Source: Candidatus Stoquefichus massiliensis AP9 (GTDB lineage: Bacteria > Bacillota_I > Bacilli_A > Erysipelotrichales > Coprobacillaceae). From it: a DNA stretch of 24,000 nt. The notes below the pieces were generated by a model, which saw nothing but the letters and a program-made list of their open reading frames with translations, ran no database searches and was not told where the DNA came from. Position 1 is the stretch's first letter; the number at the start of each line of letters is the position of its first letter. The DNA is taken from positions 31,549-55,548 of the forward strand of contig NZ_HG005296.1 in the NCBI RefSeq assembly GCF_000455285.1, in the 5' to 3' direction. Positions 23,328 to 24,000 of this stretch are shown here, piece by piece. The position numbers and the translations under genes were made by a program.

Positions 23328-23646
23328 CTTCTACTGCACTTCTCGCAGGATATGGCTCTACAAAATATTCTGCATAAATACCATTCACTGTTGCAAAGTC
23401 ATCCATATTGTCTAAAAATACTGTTGTTTTCACAACATCTGCAAAACTAAGTCCTTGACTTTCTAACAAACCTTTAACATTTTCTAATGATTGTCTTGTT
23501 TGTGCTTCAATTCCTTCAGGCATTTCACCAGTTTTTGGATTTAATGGGATTTGCCCTGAAAAGAAAATAATGTTTCCTAAATCAACACCTTGACTATATG
23601 GACCAATTGCACCTGGTGCCTTATCTGTTTTTACAACTTTTTTCAT
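23269..23646 (-). CDS. ridA: RidA/YjgF/TdcF-family reactive-intermediate deaminase
   Basis: 125 aa. APGAIGPYSQG, KTTVFL, ARSAVEVAKLPKGALIEVE are typical RidA motifs. A strong RBS lies upstream. Confidence 0.92.
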   Translation of the reverse strand: MKKVVKTDKAPGAIGPYSQGVDLGNIIFFSGQIPLNPKTGEMPEGIEAQTRQSLENVKGLLESQGLSFADVVKTTVFLDNMDDFATVNGIYAEYFVEPYPARSAVEVAKLPKGALIEVEVIVSKS

Positions 23647-23690
23647 TTTTATAATTCCTCCTTGTATATAGTAGTATTATAACAAAAATA

Positions 23691-24000
23691 TCATATATAT
23701 TCCATTATCTCTTCACTCTTTAATGAACAATACTCCAAATAACGTAAAAATAACATATTGACAATTAAAAAGAAGTGACCTGTACAACAATAACTCTTAT
23801 CTTGAAAACCAGTATGAAAATAACTTGTTTTAAAACCAATGTATTCATTAACATTTTGAGATAAAAGATTTTTATTATCAATCCCGATTCCAACTGTCTT
23901 TATTTTCATTCTTTTTAACACTTTTGAAAGCATAACAATCATTTCATTGTCACCAGATAATGAAATCAAAATAAACAAATCATCTCGTGAAGCATTATTC
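23691..24000 (-). CDS. RpiR/MurR-family regulator, C-terminal SIS domain only (5' part beyond window)
   Basis: The frame stays open to base 24000 (..NNASRDDLFILISLSGDNEMIV..). The pattern DDLFILISLSG..E.I.....K..G.K...I is the SIS phosphosugar-binding fold of RpiR-type regulators. Confidence 0.6.
   Translation of the reverse strand, partial: NNASRDDLFILISLSGDNEMIVMLSKVLKRMKIKTVGIGIDNKNLLSQNVNEYIGFKTSYFHTGFQDKSYCCTGHFFLIVNMLFLRYLEYCSLKSEEIMEYI

Noticed and set aside
1-24000. Search for CRISPR arrays, transposase/integrase genes, toxin-antitoxin pairs, restriction-modification or other known defence modules, and tRNA/rRNA genes
   Set aside because: I saw no repeat-spacer periodicity, no recombinase- or nuclease-like ORFs and no cloverleaf-type or rRNA-like segments. 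All ORFs longer than about 100 codons are accounted for by metabolic, housekeeping or transport functions.

Overview
Low-GC Bacillota-type chromosomal segment. It is densely coding, and I saw no rRNA, tRNA, CRISPR array or mobile element. The flanks are housekeeping genes that, from memory, resemble the Bacillus subtilis yjb neighbourhood. On the left are a SEDS protein, an RluA-family pseudouridine synthase, NAD kinase and a CYTH protein. On the right are Spx, T-box-controlled trpS, an alpha/beta hydrolase, a YjbA-like protein, UppP, RidA and a partial RpiR/SIS regulator. The centre (about 3.3-18.3 kb) is a lactose/cellobiose-family PTS locus with 1 EIIA, 2 EIIB, 1 EIIC and a LicR/MtlR-type PRD activator. 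No phospho-beta-glycosidase is present. In its place are a cytoplasmic glycosylasparaginase-like Ntn hydrolase and five further leaderless peptidases (M20, M3B, two M42, S66). The block also holds CutC, YitT, an RDD membrane protein and a stand-alone GrdB-N-terminal-domain protein. Six promoters in this block carry the same palindrome (TTCCTAA-N2-3-NTAGGAA) 32-33 nt upstream of a -10 hexamer. This defines a compact regulon, most simply explained as binding sites of the locus-encoded PRD activator. By inference, I read it as an uncharacterised PTS-dependent glyco-amino-acid or glycopeptide (GlcNAc-Asn-like) utilisation system. A second, smaller oddity lies ahead of the alpha/beta hydrolase gene: a 6-codon uORF followed by mutually exclusive hairpins and an anti-RBS pairing.
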